Assembly (NCBI RefSeq): GCF_003024685.1
Contig: NZ_PYLQ01000005.1
Coordinates: 109,817-133,816, forward strand
From: Faecalibacillus intestinalis
Lineage (GTDB): Bacteria; Bacillota_I; Bacilli_A; Erysipelotrichales; Coprobacillaceae
DNA: 24,000 nucleotides
Direction: 5' to 3'
Positions within the stretch are counted from its first letter, which is position 1, and each line of letters begins with the position of its first letter. The position numbers and the translations under genes are program-made. Of this stretch, positions 1 to 9,271 are shown in pieces. Below the pieces are notes generated by a model that saw only the letters and a list, made by a program, of their open reading frames with translations, made no database searches and was not told where the DNA came from.

Positions 1-719
<719 letters not shown>

Positions 720-766
720 TCATTTCATAATTTGAAAAAATAAGAATTATATTTAATTTTTTTAAT

Positions 767-1720
767 CTATGATTTAAAATATTCTTCTATCTCTTTTTCT
801 TCATCTTCAGGAATTTCTAAAAATTGAATTGCTTCTTTAAATGTCATTTGCAATTTTGTCATCATTTTTCTTACATATTCTATATTCTTTCTAATTCTCT
901 CTTTTTGTGTCCCTTTTTTTGTCCCTTTTTCCAACGCTTCTAATTCGATAACTTCTCCTAAATTACACATATCTCTCATCCTTTCTTCAAATTCTTCATC
1001 ATCCAAGCCATATCCTTTTATTACTTCATTCTTTTCTTGATAATTCAATGTATTATTCAATAATGCGCCTATAGGCATTAGTATTTCATCATAGCTTTCA
1101 TACTTATCATTAGGACTATGTCCTTTGCTTAAGTATATCATAAGTTGTTCTTCTTTATCATAATTTTCTATTTTTTCTTCATAATTTACACTTAAATGAT
1201 TTTCTGCTATTTTGAGTTGATTGATACAGCCATCTTTACTCTTTGTAGCTTGTGGCATGATCCAAAATGAATACACTTTTTTCATTCCATCATAATTTTC
1301 ACTATCATATTCTCTTCCCCATTGACTGGAAATCATTCTTGAGCTATAAGCGATGCTTCTTGTGACAAGATGATATCCTGGACTTGTCTTGTTTTGAATT
1401 TCAATATTAATGTAGACTCTTTTGGTTGATTGATCTAGCTGTGGTAAATCGATATAGAAATAAATATCATAGCACATCAATCCTTCATCTTTGATAAAAG
1501 CTTCTTTATCCATTAAATGAAAATGAGGATTGACGATTTTATCACCAATACGGACTCCTTTAATTAGCTTTTTTATTTCATCTAATGAAAGATGTTTGGC
1601 TTCTTCAACAAAACAAGAAATGATTCTAGAAAGCATATAAGGATGTCCTATCAGCATTTTACAATACTGATCGTACATGATTGTTTTATTAGAGCTTGTT
1701 ATAAGATTTAATTGTTGCAT
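767..1720 (-). CDS. Rpn-family / PD-(D/E)XK nuclease family transposase-like protein (recombination-promoting nuclease homologue)
   Basis: 317-aa ORF. It has a D...E-x-Q nuclease core pattern (CYDIYFYIDL ... VYINIEIQNK). The C-terminal helical region (GEVIELEALEKGTKKGTQKE...MTFKEAIQFLEIPEDE) is typical of YhgA/Rpn-like proteins. RBS GGAGG at 1729-1733. Confidence 0.65.
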   Translation of the reverse strand: MQQLNLITSSNKTIMYDQYCKMLIGHPYMLSRIISCFVEEAKHLSLDEIKKLIKGVRIGDKIVNPHFHLMDKEAFIKDEGLMCYDIYFYIDLPQLDQSTKRVYINIEIQNKTSPGYHLVTRSIAYSSRMISSQWGREYDSENYDGMKKVYSFWIMPQATKSKDGCINQLKIAENHLSVNYEEKIENYDKEEQLMIYLSKGHSPNDKYESYDEILMPIGALLNNTLNYQEKNEVIKGYGLDDEEFEERMRDMCNLGEVIELEALEKGTKKGTQKERIRKNIEYVRKMMTKLQMTFKEAIQFLEIPEDEEKEIEEYFKS

Positions 1721-1839
1721 AAGTAGTTCCTCCTGCTATATATATCGTTTATTTTTTTACTTTTTTCTTCTTTTTTTGTTAAAAAAATAAAAAACTTGGA
1801 AATTTCATTCCAATAATCTACTTAATATTCTCATTTTGA

Positions 1840-1869
1840 CAAAAAAAGAAGAATCAAAACGATTCTTCT
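1840..1869 (-). terminator. Rho-independent terminator after the dehydrogenase gene
   Basis: Minus-strand RNA is AGAAGAAUC-GUUUU-GAUUCUUCU followed by UUUUUU. The 9-bp perfect stem pairs 1847-1855 with 1861-1869 and overlaps the TAG stop. Confidence 0.7.
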
Positions 1870-2812
1870 AATATTTATAGAAACCTTCTCCTGAAGACAT
1901 ACCAAGTTTTCCTTCATCAATATATTTCTTTAACATCTTAGCCATACCTTTAAAATTATAAGGAGCTAAAAATGATGGAACCTTCAAATACATAGAAACA
2001 ATATTATATGCAGTTGTAAGTCCTACTGTATCTAATATTTGGAAAGGTCCTTTAGGAGCACCTGTACCAAGTGTCCAAGCTTTATCAATACTTTCAGGAT
2101 CACTTATACCATTTACATAAAGATCCATTCCTGAAAATAATAAAGGAACAAGCATAGAATTTAATAAATATCCTGATTTTTCTTTACGCACTGGTAAAGG
2201 AATCATACGTATTTCTTTAGCAAAATCCATAATCAAATCAAAATATTTTTGATCCGTTTGTTTTTGTGCCATGACTTCTGTCATATTATTTTTCCAAATA
2301 CTATTTGCAAAATGTAATGATAAATATTTTTCTGGACGTTTTGTATATTTAGCGAACTTCGATGGTAATAATGTAGATGAATTCGTAACGATAACTGTCT
2401 TTTCAGGTAATAAATCTGCCATTTTTTTATAAATATCTATTTTTTGTTCTACATTTTCAGCCATTGATTCAATAATTAAATCGGCATCACTGACTGCTTT
2501 TTGTAAATCTAATTCTAATTTAATATTTTCATAGGCCTTATTAGCTTTTTCTAAACATTGTTCTTTATCAAAATCTTCATAATCACTAATACCCATGGCC
2601 CAATTTTGAGGTGTCTTTCCTTTATCGCTATCCATTAAAGTAATCGTAGCATGATAAACCTCTTTTAAATGATCTAATTTAGGCTGACATCTTCCTATAC
2701 TTCCTTCACTTCTAAGCCAAATCGTTACATCAAAACCACAATAAGCTGCTTGATAAGCAATTTGACTTCCTAAAACGCCTCCACCAATAACAACAACATT
2801 TTTAATTTCCAT
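1868..2812 (-). CDS. 3-hydroxyacyl-CoA dehydrogenase family protein (NAD-binding)
   Basis: 314-aa ORF. It has an N-terminal Rossmann motif VVVIGGGVLGSQIA, an HFANS... segment matching the HFFNP region of Hbd/HADH enzymes, and a C-terminal dimerisation domain ending GEGFYKY. Confidence 0.85.
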   Translation of the reverse strand: MEIKNVVVIGGGVLGSQIAYQAAYCGFDVTIWLRSEGSIGRCQPKLDHLKEVYHATITLMDSDKGKTPQNWAMGISDYEDFDKEQCLEKANKAYENIKLELDLQKAVSDADLIIESMAENVEQKIDIYKKMADLLPEKTVIVTNSSTLLPSKFAKYTKRPEKYLSLHFANSIWKNNMTEVMAQKQTDQKYFDLIMDFAKEIRMIPLPVRKEKSGYLLNSMLVPLLFSGMDLYVNGISDPESIDKAWTLGTGAPKGPFQILDTVGLTTAYNIVSMYLKVPSFLAPYNFKGMAKMLKKYIDEGKLGMSSGEGFYKY

Positions 2813-2892
2813 AGATTCATCCTCCTACCTTTATTTTATCATTTTGTTAAATTATTCACAAAAGATTTTTTACTTTTAGTTTGAACTACATA

Positions 2893-2920
2893 TAAAAAAG
2901 AACCCTATTTCTAGGATTCC
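2893..2920 (-). terminator. Rho-independent terminator after yhgE/pip-like gene
   Basis: Minus-strand RNA is GAAUCCUA-GAAA-UAGGGUUC (8 bp including one G-U, GAAA tetraloop) followed by UUUUUU. Confidence 0.6.
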
Positions 2921-2926
2921 TTTATA

Positions 2927-5521
2927 CTATTCAGCTTTTGTTGAATTTACTTCTTCAAACATTTGAGGAATTGCATGTTTATCTTCTTTGTTTTTATATT
3001 TGAAGTAAACAACTGTTAATAATGAACATACTATTAAGATTCCTGCAAATACTGCAATTTCAACTGAAATTGAAGGAGCTGTCATACTAATTGTTTTTCT
3101 AAATCCATCTACACTATAAGTATATGGTACAAATTTATGAATAGCTTTGTAGATAGCTGGACCTGTATCTAATGGATAAGTACCAGCTGAACCACCTAAG
3201 TTAACAATCATGAATACAAGTAATAAGAAGTCACCAATAAATCCAGTTGTTAAACTTAACAACATAACGAGTGACATAAATGCCGCTGATACGAGAATTG
3301 CAAGTAAGTATGTTAAACCTAAATTAACAGGTTCAAATCCATTAATTAATCTTAAAGCAGTAACCATTACGATAGCTGCTAATGTAGAAACTGTATACAT
3401 AACAGTTGCTTTACTTGCCCAATATTTCCATGCATTTTCAGCTTTTTTAATACCATGTCTAATTGGATACATTAAAGCAAATGCTAAGCATGTTACATAT
3501 AAACCAACTGACATCATATAAGGAGCCATTGCATGACCGTTATTTTCAACTTTAGAAATTTCTTTATGACTTGTTTCAACAGGAGTAGCTACCATATCAG
3601 TAGTTTTATCTGTTGAATCAATCTTACTTTCTTCTGCACCAGATTTTAATGCACCATTTAAAGTAGTTACACCATCAGCTGCACTCTTAATTCCATCACC
3701 TAAAGTATCAGAACCAGCAGCCAACTTACTAGCACCATCACTAATTTGACCAGCACCATCAGATAATTGATTAGCACCATTCATTAATGTAGCATTATTA
3801 CTTACTAATGTTGAAGTACCTGTAGCCAATTGATCAACACCACTTGTTAAAGCTGTAATTCCTTTAGTTAATTCAGGAACATTACTGTTTAATTTTGAAG
3901 TACCATCAGCTAAAGCAGTAGCACCACTTGTTAAAGCTGTATTGTTATCAGCAATTTGTGTTAAACCTTTTTGTAAACTATCCACACCAGCTGTATAAGC
4001 TTGAACACCTGCAACTAAAGCATCTTTAGAATCAACAGTTACTTGTTTAATATTTCCATCATTGTCAACAGTTACATATTTACCACCATTAACTTTTGCA
4101 TTCACTTCATTTAATCCAGCTTGGACTGTTTGAGTTCCACTTACTAATCCTGTAGGAACTTTTGTACCATCTGTTAAAGTTCCACCATTAAGAGCTGCAT
4201 CTAAATCATTTAAACTTGATTTAGTTGAACTAGATAATGTATTAATTGCTGTAGATGCACCTGTTGTATAAGTAGCAACCGAATCCATATATGAAGCTAC
4301 ACCGTCTTTATATTTATCTACAGGGAAATATTTTGTTAAACCATAAGCATCGATTTCTGCTCTTGACATTCCACTAGTTAATAATTTACTAGCAATTCCT
4401 TGTTTTTTAGCATCACCACTTGCATTTAATGTTTTAATTAATGTAGCATAATTATCTAATGATGTTTTTCCATCAGATAATTGAGTCAATGAATCTTGAC
4501 TTGCTGCCATAGTTTTTTTGGAAGTTTCAAGATTTTCTTGTAATTTTTTTACACCATCAACTACTTGTTGATTTCCTACAACTAATTTTTCAGCACCTTC
4601 ACCTAATGCTTTAACACCTGCATTTAATGCTGTGTTATTTTCAACCAATTGATTCGCACCAGCTAATGCTTGACTTACACCTGCTGTATAATCACTAACA
4701 CCTTTATTTAATGCTTGAGCGCCAGTATTTAAATCACTTACACCACTAGCTAATGTAGGAGTAGCACTACCTAAAGTACCAACACCTGTTTTTAATTGGT
4801 AAATACCATTATTTACTGTAACGACACCATTTGTGTAATCTTTTAAACCTTTAGTTAAAGTATTTGTACCATCTTTAAATGTTAAAGAACTACTTGCTAA
4901 TACTTTTAAGTTATCACTAATTGTTTTGTTACCATCTTCTAATTGAGTCATACCATCAGATAATTGTTGAGTACCATCGCTGGCTTCAGCAAATCCATCT
5001 GACATTGTTCCAATTGAAGTAAAGATTGTTTCAGCATATGTTTTTGTTACTGAAGCTGAAACTTCAGCTTTAATTTTTGCGATTGCTGAATCATCCATTT
5101 TTGATGCAACATAGTTTGTACCTGGATTTGTTGTATAATTTAAAACCATCTTTTTAGGATTTTTATCCAACAAAGTTGTTGCATTCTTTGAAAAATTACT
5201 TGGAATTGTAATGACCATATAATAGTCACCATCTTTTAGACCCTTATTTGCTTCTTTTGAATTTACAAAATGGAAATCTAATGAATCGTTGTCTTTTAAT
5301 TTTTTGACTAATTGATCACCAACGTCTAATTTCTTATCGTTGTATTCAACTGCCTTATCTTTATTCACGACAGCGACAGGAAGATCTCCACTGTTACCAT
5401 ATGGATCCCACATAGATCCAAGGAAGACAACAGTGTAAATACTAGGAATAAGAATAAGAGCAACTAAAACAATTTGAATCCAATGATTTTTTAAAATGTT
5501 TTTCCACTCTTGCTTAATCAT
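2927..5521 (-). CDS. YhgE/Pip domain-containing membrane protein (phage infection protein family)
   Basis: 864-aa ORF. It has an N-terminal TM helix plus a YhgE/Pip N-domain (SMWDPYGNSGDLPVAVVNKD...). A long central Gly/Thr/Ala/Asn/Leu-rich repeat region follows (L-x-x-G periodicity; QLSDG occurs 3 times). The C-terminus is a multi-TM ABC-2-like domain. RBS GAAGGA lies upstream. Confidence 0.85.
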   Translation of the reverse strand: MIKQEWKNILKNHWIQIVLVALILIPSIYTVVFLGSMWDPYGNSGDLPVAVVNKDKAVEYNDKKLDVGDQLVKKLKDNDSLDFHFVNSKEANKGLKDGDYYMVITIPSNFSKNATTLLDKNPKKMVLNYTTNPGTNYVASKMDDSAIAKIKAEVSASVTKTYAETIFTSIGTMSDGFAEASDGTQQLSDGMTQLEDGNKTISDNLKVLASSSLTFKDGTNTLTKGLKDYTNGVVTVNNGIYQLKTGVGTLGSATPTLASGVSDLNTGAQALNKGVSDYTAGVSQALAGANQLVENNTALNAGVKALGEGAEKLVVGNQQVVDGVKKLQENLETSKKTMAASQDSLTQLSDGKTSLDNYATLIKTLNASGDAKKQGIASKLLTSGMSRAEIDAYGLTKYFPVDKYKDGVASYMDSVATYTTGASTAINTLSSSTKSSLNDLDAALNGGTLTDGTKVPTGLVSGTQTVQAGLNEVNAKVNGGKYVTVDNDGNIKQVTVDSKDALVAGVQAYTAGVDSLQKGLTQIADNNTALTSGATALADGTSKLNSNVPELTKGITALTSGVDQLATGTSTLVSNNATLMNGANQLSDGAGQISDGASKLAAGSDTLGDGIKSAADGVTTLNGALKSGAEESKIDSTDKTTDMVATPVETSHKEISKVENNGHAMAPYMMSVGLYVTCLAFALMYPIRHGIKKAENAWKYWASKATVMYTVSTLAAIVMVTALRLINGFEPVNLGLTYLLAILVSAAFMSLVMLLSLTTGFIGDFLLLVFMIVNLGGSAGTYPLDTGPAIYKAIHKFVPYTYSVDGFRKTISMTAPSISVEIAVFAGILIVCSLLTVVYFKYKNKEDKHAIPQMFEEVNSTKAE

Positions 5522-5541
5522 AAATATCCTTCTTTCTATCT

Positions 5542-5583
5542 TCTATAGACATTTTACATCCATAGATATATAATGTCTATAGA
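5542..5583. promoter_or_regulatory. Perfect 12-bp inverted repeat (candidate operator) in the divergent yhgE/pip - rrf2 intergenic region
   Basis: TCTATAGACATT (5542-5553) and AATGTCTATAGA (5572-5583) are exact reverse complements separated by 18 nt. Each arm contains the self-palindrome TCTATAGA. Confidence 0.4.
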
Positions 5584-5671
5584 GTATTATAATTTTTTCA
5601 ATATATTTGTCAATATTCTTACATACAAAATATAAAAAATTAGCTATAATAAAAAAAGGGAAGGGATTACA

Positions 5672-6103
5672 ATGAGAATAAGAAAAAGTTTTGAACAAGC
5701 AATTTGTATTTTATTACTTATTGGAACAAGTGAAGGGCCATTAAAAAGTCATGAACTTAGTAAAAAGCTAGATGTTTCTGATTCATATTTAAAGAAAGTA
5801 ACAAGACAATTGGTCGTTGCTGGTCTTATTACTTCTAAGGCAAGTAAATTAGGTGGTTTTATTTTAAATAAAAAAATGAATGATATATCATTTTTAGATA
5901 TTTTTGAAGCAATTGAAGGCAAGGAAACTTTTATTGAAACAACGCATCTTGTTGATAAAGTCTTTGATCCTGCTTTAAATATACATCATACCGAAGATAT
6001 CATTATGAATCATTTAAATGCTGCAGAGAATCAATACAAACAAAAGCTCAAAGAAATCAATCTTGGTGAGATTACAAATTATGTTCATCAAAATTCTATT
6101 TAA
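5672..6103 (+). CDS. Rrf2 family transcriptional regulator (no Fe-S cysteine triad)
   Basis: 143-aa ORF with the N-terminal winged-helix pattern of Rrf2 proteins (LKSHELSKKLDVSDSYLKKVTRQLVVAGLITSKASKLGGF). It has a single Cys only, so it lacks the usual cluster-ligand cysteines. RBS GGGAAGGG lies upstream. Confidence 0.85.
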   Translation: MRIRKSFEQAICILLLIGTSEGPLKSHELSKKLDVSDSYLKKVTRQLVVAGLITSKASKLGGFILNKKMNDISFLDIFEAIEGKETFIETTHLVDKVFDPALNIHHTEDIIMNHLNAAENQYKQKLKEINLGEITNYVHQNSI

Positions 6104-6131
6104 AAACAGGTTCAATTAGAACCTGTTTTTT
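6102..6131. terminator. Bidirectional terminator between convergent rrf2 and EAL genes
   Basis: AAAACAGGTTC (6103-6113) pairs with GAACCTGTTTT (6119-6129) around loop AATTA. A-runs and T-runs on both sides allow termination in either direction. Confidence 0.7.
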
Positions 6132-7398
6132 AGTTTGAAATTAATTTTTTAAAATCATTTTTAATAAGTGGTTTTGAAAAATAAAATCCTTGTATAAAAT
6201 CACAACCATGCTCTTTTAGAAAATCTAGTTGTTCTTTTGTTTCGACCCCTTCAGCAACAACCTTCATTTCTAAACGATGAATCATTTCAATTAATGAAGC
6301 AAGAATACTATCATTACTTTGGCTATAACCGATATTACGCACAAATCCCATATCAATTTTAATAATATCAAATTCAAAATCACGAATTGTACTTAATGAT
6401 GAAACACCACTACCAAAATCATCCATCAAAATCATATTTCCTCTTTGATGCAATGTTGATAAAAAATCATTCGCATTTACTGATAATGAAGAATAAGCTG
6501 ATTCTGTTACTTCATAATTAATATGTTGGTTTCTTTCATTTTCTAAAATAAGATTCATAATGTTTTGGTTCATTAAATCCATTCTTGATAAATTCATAGA
6601 AATCTTAATAGGTATATCTTGACATTCCTTTTCCAAAAACTCTTGAACACTTTGATAAACATATGTATCTAATATAGTGATATATCCACTTTCTTCCAAA
6701 GCAGGAATAAACTTACTTGGTAGAATCACTCCATTTGTTGGTGAATGCCATCTTACAAGGGCTTCGGCCGAAACAATTTTTTCTGTTTGAGCATCATAGA
6801 TTGGTTGATAATAAACTTGAAATTCTTTGTTTTTGATTGCTTCATCTAATTGAATAAGTGACATACTTCTTTCTTCATGGTCACTTTTCATTTTTTCATT
6901 ATAAACAGCATATGGTTTTAAATAACGATTAGAAATATAATTTTTAGCAAGTTTAGCACGATCACACATATCTGAAATATTAAGTGTTGTTTCGTGCGGA
7001 ATAAGATAAATACCACATCTTCCATAAATATCCAGTGTAATTGATTCATAATGATATGTAAAATGTAAATACTTTATCAGTTTTTCATAATCTAAGTTTC
7101 GTTTATTAATTAATAATGTAAATTGATCAGCAACCATTCTTGCAACTAAAATAGGTTTTAAAAATGAATTTTGTAATTGAACAACTAAATCATTTAAAAT
7201 CATATCTCCTATTTCATACCCATATAAATCATTAATAATTTTAAAATCAACAAGATTTAAATACATAATCGCAAATTCCTGTTGTGTATTTCTTTTAATA
7301 ATTTCATTTGTTCTTCTAAAAAAGCCTTCTCTTGTATAAGTTTCTGTAACAGAATCTATTTCTAATTCTCTTGTCATATCATCAACAACACAAAGCAT
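6130..7398 (-). CDS. c-di-GMP phosphodiesterase: degenerate GGDEF domain + intact EAL domain (C-terminal part of a split gene)
   Basis: The GGDEF-like domain has the signature replaced by VADQF (ARMVADQFTLL). EAL-domain catalytic motifs are all present: EALVRW, SMNLS, EVTES, DDFGSG, KIDMGF, EGVET, QGFYFSKP. Confidence 0.85.
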   Translation of the reverse strand: MLCVVDDMTRELEIDSVTETYTREGFFRRTNEIIKRNTQQEFAIMYLNLVDFKIINDLYGYEIGDMILNDLVVQLQNSFLKPILVARMVADQFTLLINKRNLDYEKLIKYLHFTYHYESITLDIYGRCGIYLIPHETTLNISDMCDRAKLAKNYISNRYLKPYAVYNEKMKSDHEERSMSLIQLDEAIKNKEFQVYYQPIYDAQTEKIVSAEALVRWHSPTNGVILPSKFIPALEESGYITILDTYVYQSVQEFLEKECQDIPIKISMNLSRMDLMNQNIMNLILENERNQHINYEVTESAYSSLSVNANDFLSTLHQRGNMILMDDFGSGVSSLSTIRDFEFDIIKIDMGFVRNIGYSQSNDSILASLIEMIHRLEMKVVAEGVETKEQLDFLKEHGCDFIQGFYFSKPLIKNDFKKLISN

Positions 7399-8042
7399 AA
7401 TTTCTTTTTTTGATCAAACCAATAATATGAATAATGTACTACTTTATTTTCTAAATCAAAAACTTTAAAGGAATAATATCCTAAATATTTCATATTCTCT
7501 TCTAAGTTTTTTAATGATGTATTTTTAATAAATTGTTTTCTATATTTAGGAGCTATTTGATTTTGAGTAACTAAATCAATAACTTTTTGATAATCAATAT
7601 AATTGTTTTCTTTTATTTCTTTTGTTGCATGATTTAATCTTAAATAAACATTTTGATGTAATATATCAATGAGTGCAATTGCTTGATAATCATTTTTATA
7701 AAGTACATTTTTTATTTGTTCATCTATATATTCTTCTGTATTATTACGCCAAAACATATATGCTTGTATATGATTATTAATTGGATTTTTAAAAACATGA
7801 ACATTTAATTTACAATGTTGAATACATTGATTCCATAAAAAATAATGTTGGATACATTGATATGCTTGATTTGATTGATATTGTTTCAGTAAATGACTTC
7901 TTTGTAAAATATCTTGTAATTCATTAACTTCATCTATGTAAGGAATATGTTGATAAATATGTGTTTTTAACCAACTGTCATATTTGATTTTTTGATCATC
8001 AAAAAAGATTAAATTTAAATTTTGATCAACTTTAGCTAACAT
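7374..8042 (-). CDS. N-terminal (putative sensory) portion of the GGDEF/EAL protein, separated from it by a frameshift
   Basis: This 222-aa ORF overlaps the downstream ORF by 25 nt. Adding one A to the A7 run (T7 at 7405-7411 on plus) fuses the frames to read ...YYWFDQKKEIMLCVVDDMTRE... The same frame continues upstream through a TAG (8091-8093) to an ATG at 8139-8141. Confidence 0.55.
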   Translation of the reverse strand: MLAKVDQNLNLIFFDDQKIKYDSWLKTHIYQHIPYIDEVNELQDILQRSHLLKQYQSNQAYQCIQHYFLWNQCIQHCKLNVHVFKNPINNHIQAYMFWRNNTEEYIDEQIKNVLYKNDYQAIALIDILHQNVYLRLNHATKEIKENNYIDYQKVIDLVTQNQIAPKYRKQFIKNTSLKNLEENMKYLGYYSFKVFDLENKVVHYSYYWFDQKKKLCFVLLMI

Positions 8043-8185
8043 TGTATTATCTGTTAAATCAATACATATACCATATGCAACACTTTCTTTCTAAATTAAA
8101 AAATGAATTTGTTCTTGATAAAATTGTAATAACCTATCCATCAGATTTTTGTACTACTTAAAAAAATAACTCTTGTCTATACTTA

Positions 8186-8214
8186 ATTATAGACCTTATT
8201 AAAAAAAATACAAA
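8186..8214 (-). promoter_or_regulatory. Candidate sigma-A promoter for the GGDEF/EAL gene
   Basis: Minus strand reads TTTGTA (8209-8214), a 17-nt spacer, then TATAAT (8186-8191), about 45 nt upstream of the ATG at 8141. It overlaps a 7-bp inverted repeat GTCTATA/TATAGAC (8175-8194). Confidence 0.35.
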
Positions 8215-8254
8215 TGCACTACAAATTAAATAATAAATCTAATAAAATTTCTTT

Positions 8255-8291
8255 TTAAAACAAAAGGATAGAAAATTAACTCTCTATCCTT
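8255..8291 (-). terminator. Rho-independent terminator after the decayed oxidoreductase gene
   Basis: Minus-strand RNA is AAGGAUAGA-(10-nt loop)-UCUAUCCUU followed by UUGUUUU. The 9-bp perfect stem pairs 8264-8272 with 8283-8291. Confidence 0.55.
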
Positions 8292-8302
8292 ATAAATTTT
8301 CT

Positions 8303-9250
8303 TTAATCATTTGGAAAAATAACTCGAGCATCTATTCTTGCCTTTGTTTGGACATCGCATACAGCAATACTCTTTTCTAACTGTTCATAACAATAATTTA
8401 AATCATTACTATTAATTGCTCGAATAAATTCTTTAAATTCTGGTATTAATCTTTCCAGCTATTATCAAATTTTTCTTCAATTCCATCATTTAAATGAAGA
8501 ATAACTTCACCAACTATATTAGGTGGTAATGTTGATTTAATATACCCTTTTGTACCTTGAATCATACCACCATACATACCATGACTATCCTTTACCCCAA
8601 CGCAACAAGCAATAAATGATGGATATTTTAAAACTAAAAGTCCACTTGTATCAATATTTTTTCGATGTTACTATAATATTTTGCTTCTACCAGTTTACCA
8701 AATAATCCCATTACATAATGCAAATTATAAAGACTCAAATCCATTAAAGTACCACCTACTTTTAATAAATCTTGACGAGTTTGGTAAATATCATCTACAA
8801 GGAGTGAAAAATGAGAATAACCAATTCTTTGATTAAAAGCAACATGTTACCTTCTTAGCTTTGAAAAAATTCTATAAACTGATTAGGCGCTAATTAAATA
8901 TAAATAATGGTTATCTTTTCTAGTTTCTAGATTAATTTCAGCAAGTTCTTTCATTCTTATAGAAGAAGGAATTGAAGTTTTTCACGTAAATCTGCTTTCC
9001 CTTTTAATAATGAGTTTTTTGACTAATGATGATCCCAGTTATACCATATAGCAATTATGCATACACAATTCATCATACAATCATCAAACATAAAATCATA
9101 GCCATCATAAACTTTAACATGAGATTTATCTTAAAAAGTTCACTTTTCCATTTATAAGTGCAGCAGTTGTATAAAGTTGATCTTCTTTACAATAAAATAA
9201 TTCTTTTATAAAACGACAATCTACATTAACAGTATCCAATAATTCCTCAT
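8303..9250 (-). pseudogene. Gfo/Idh/MocA family oxidoreductase pseudogene (multiple frameshifts and in-frame stops)
   Basis: No long ORF exists in about 950 nt, but minus-strand fragments in all three frames line up colinearly with the family. Fragments: VKVYDGYDFMFDD...; SKNSLLKGKADLREK (cf. AGKHVLCEKP); IRMKELAEINLETRKDN; LLKVGGTLMDLSLYNLHYVMGLFGK; NIDTSGLLVLKYPSFIACCVGVKDSHGMYGGMIQGTKGYI; C-terminal EFKEFIRAINSNDLNYCYEQLEKSIAVCDVQTKARIDA. One in-frame TAG is at 9023-9025. Confidence 0.75.
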
Positions 9251-9271
9251 TTTATAAAAACAAAACCATTA

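Noticed and set aside
3210-3521. 103-aa plus-strand ORF inside the yhgE/pip gene. The antisense ORFs at 11989-12312, 13789-14040 and 19816-19998 are similar cases.
   Set aside because: All lie antisense within confidently assigned genes, lack RBS/promoter signals and have no recognisable domains. I treat them as chance open frames.
7814-7861. Near-identical 18-mers AATGTTG(A/G)ATACATTGAT spaced exactly 30 nt apart, giving QCIQHYFLWN / QCIQHCKLNV
   Set aside because: This is a small in-frame internal duplication within the sensory-domain fragment. It is a single copy pair only and has no evident regulatory or repeat-array character.
8091-8093. The in-frame TAG in the GGDEF/EAL upstream region as possible recoding (e.g. 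pyrrolysine or readthrough)
   Set aside because: TAG is used as an ordinary stop by several intact genes here (dehydrogenase, rpiB, licT, GrdB-like). No recoding context is visible, so a nonsense mutation or a downstream true start is simpler.
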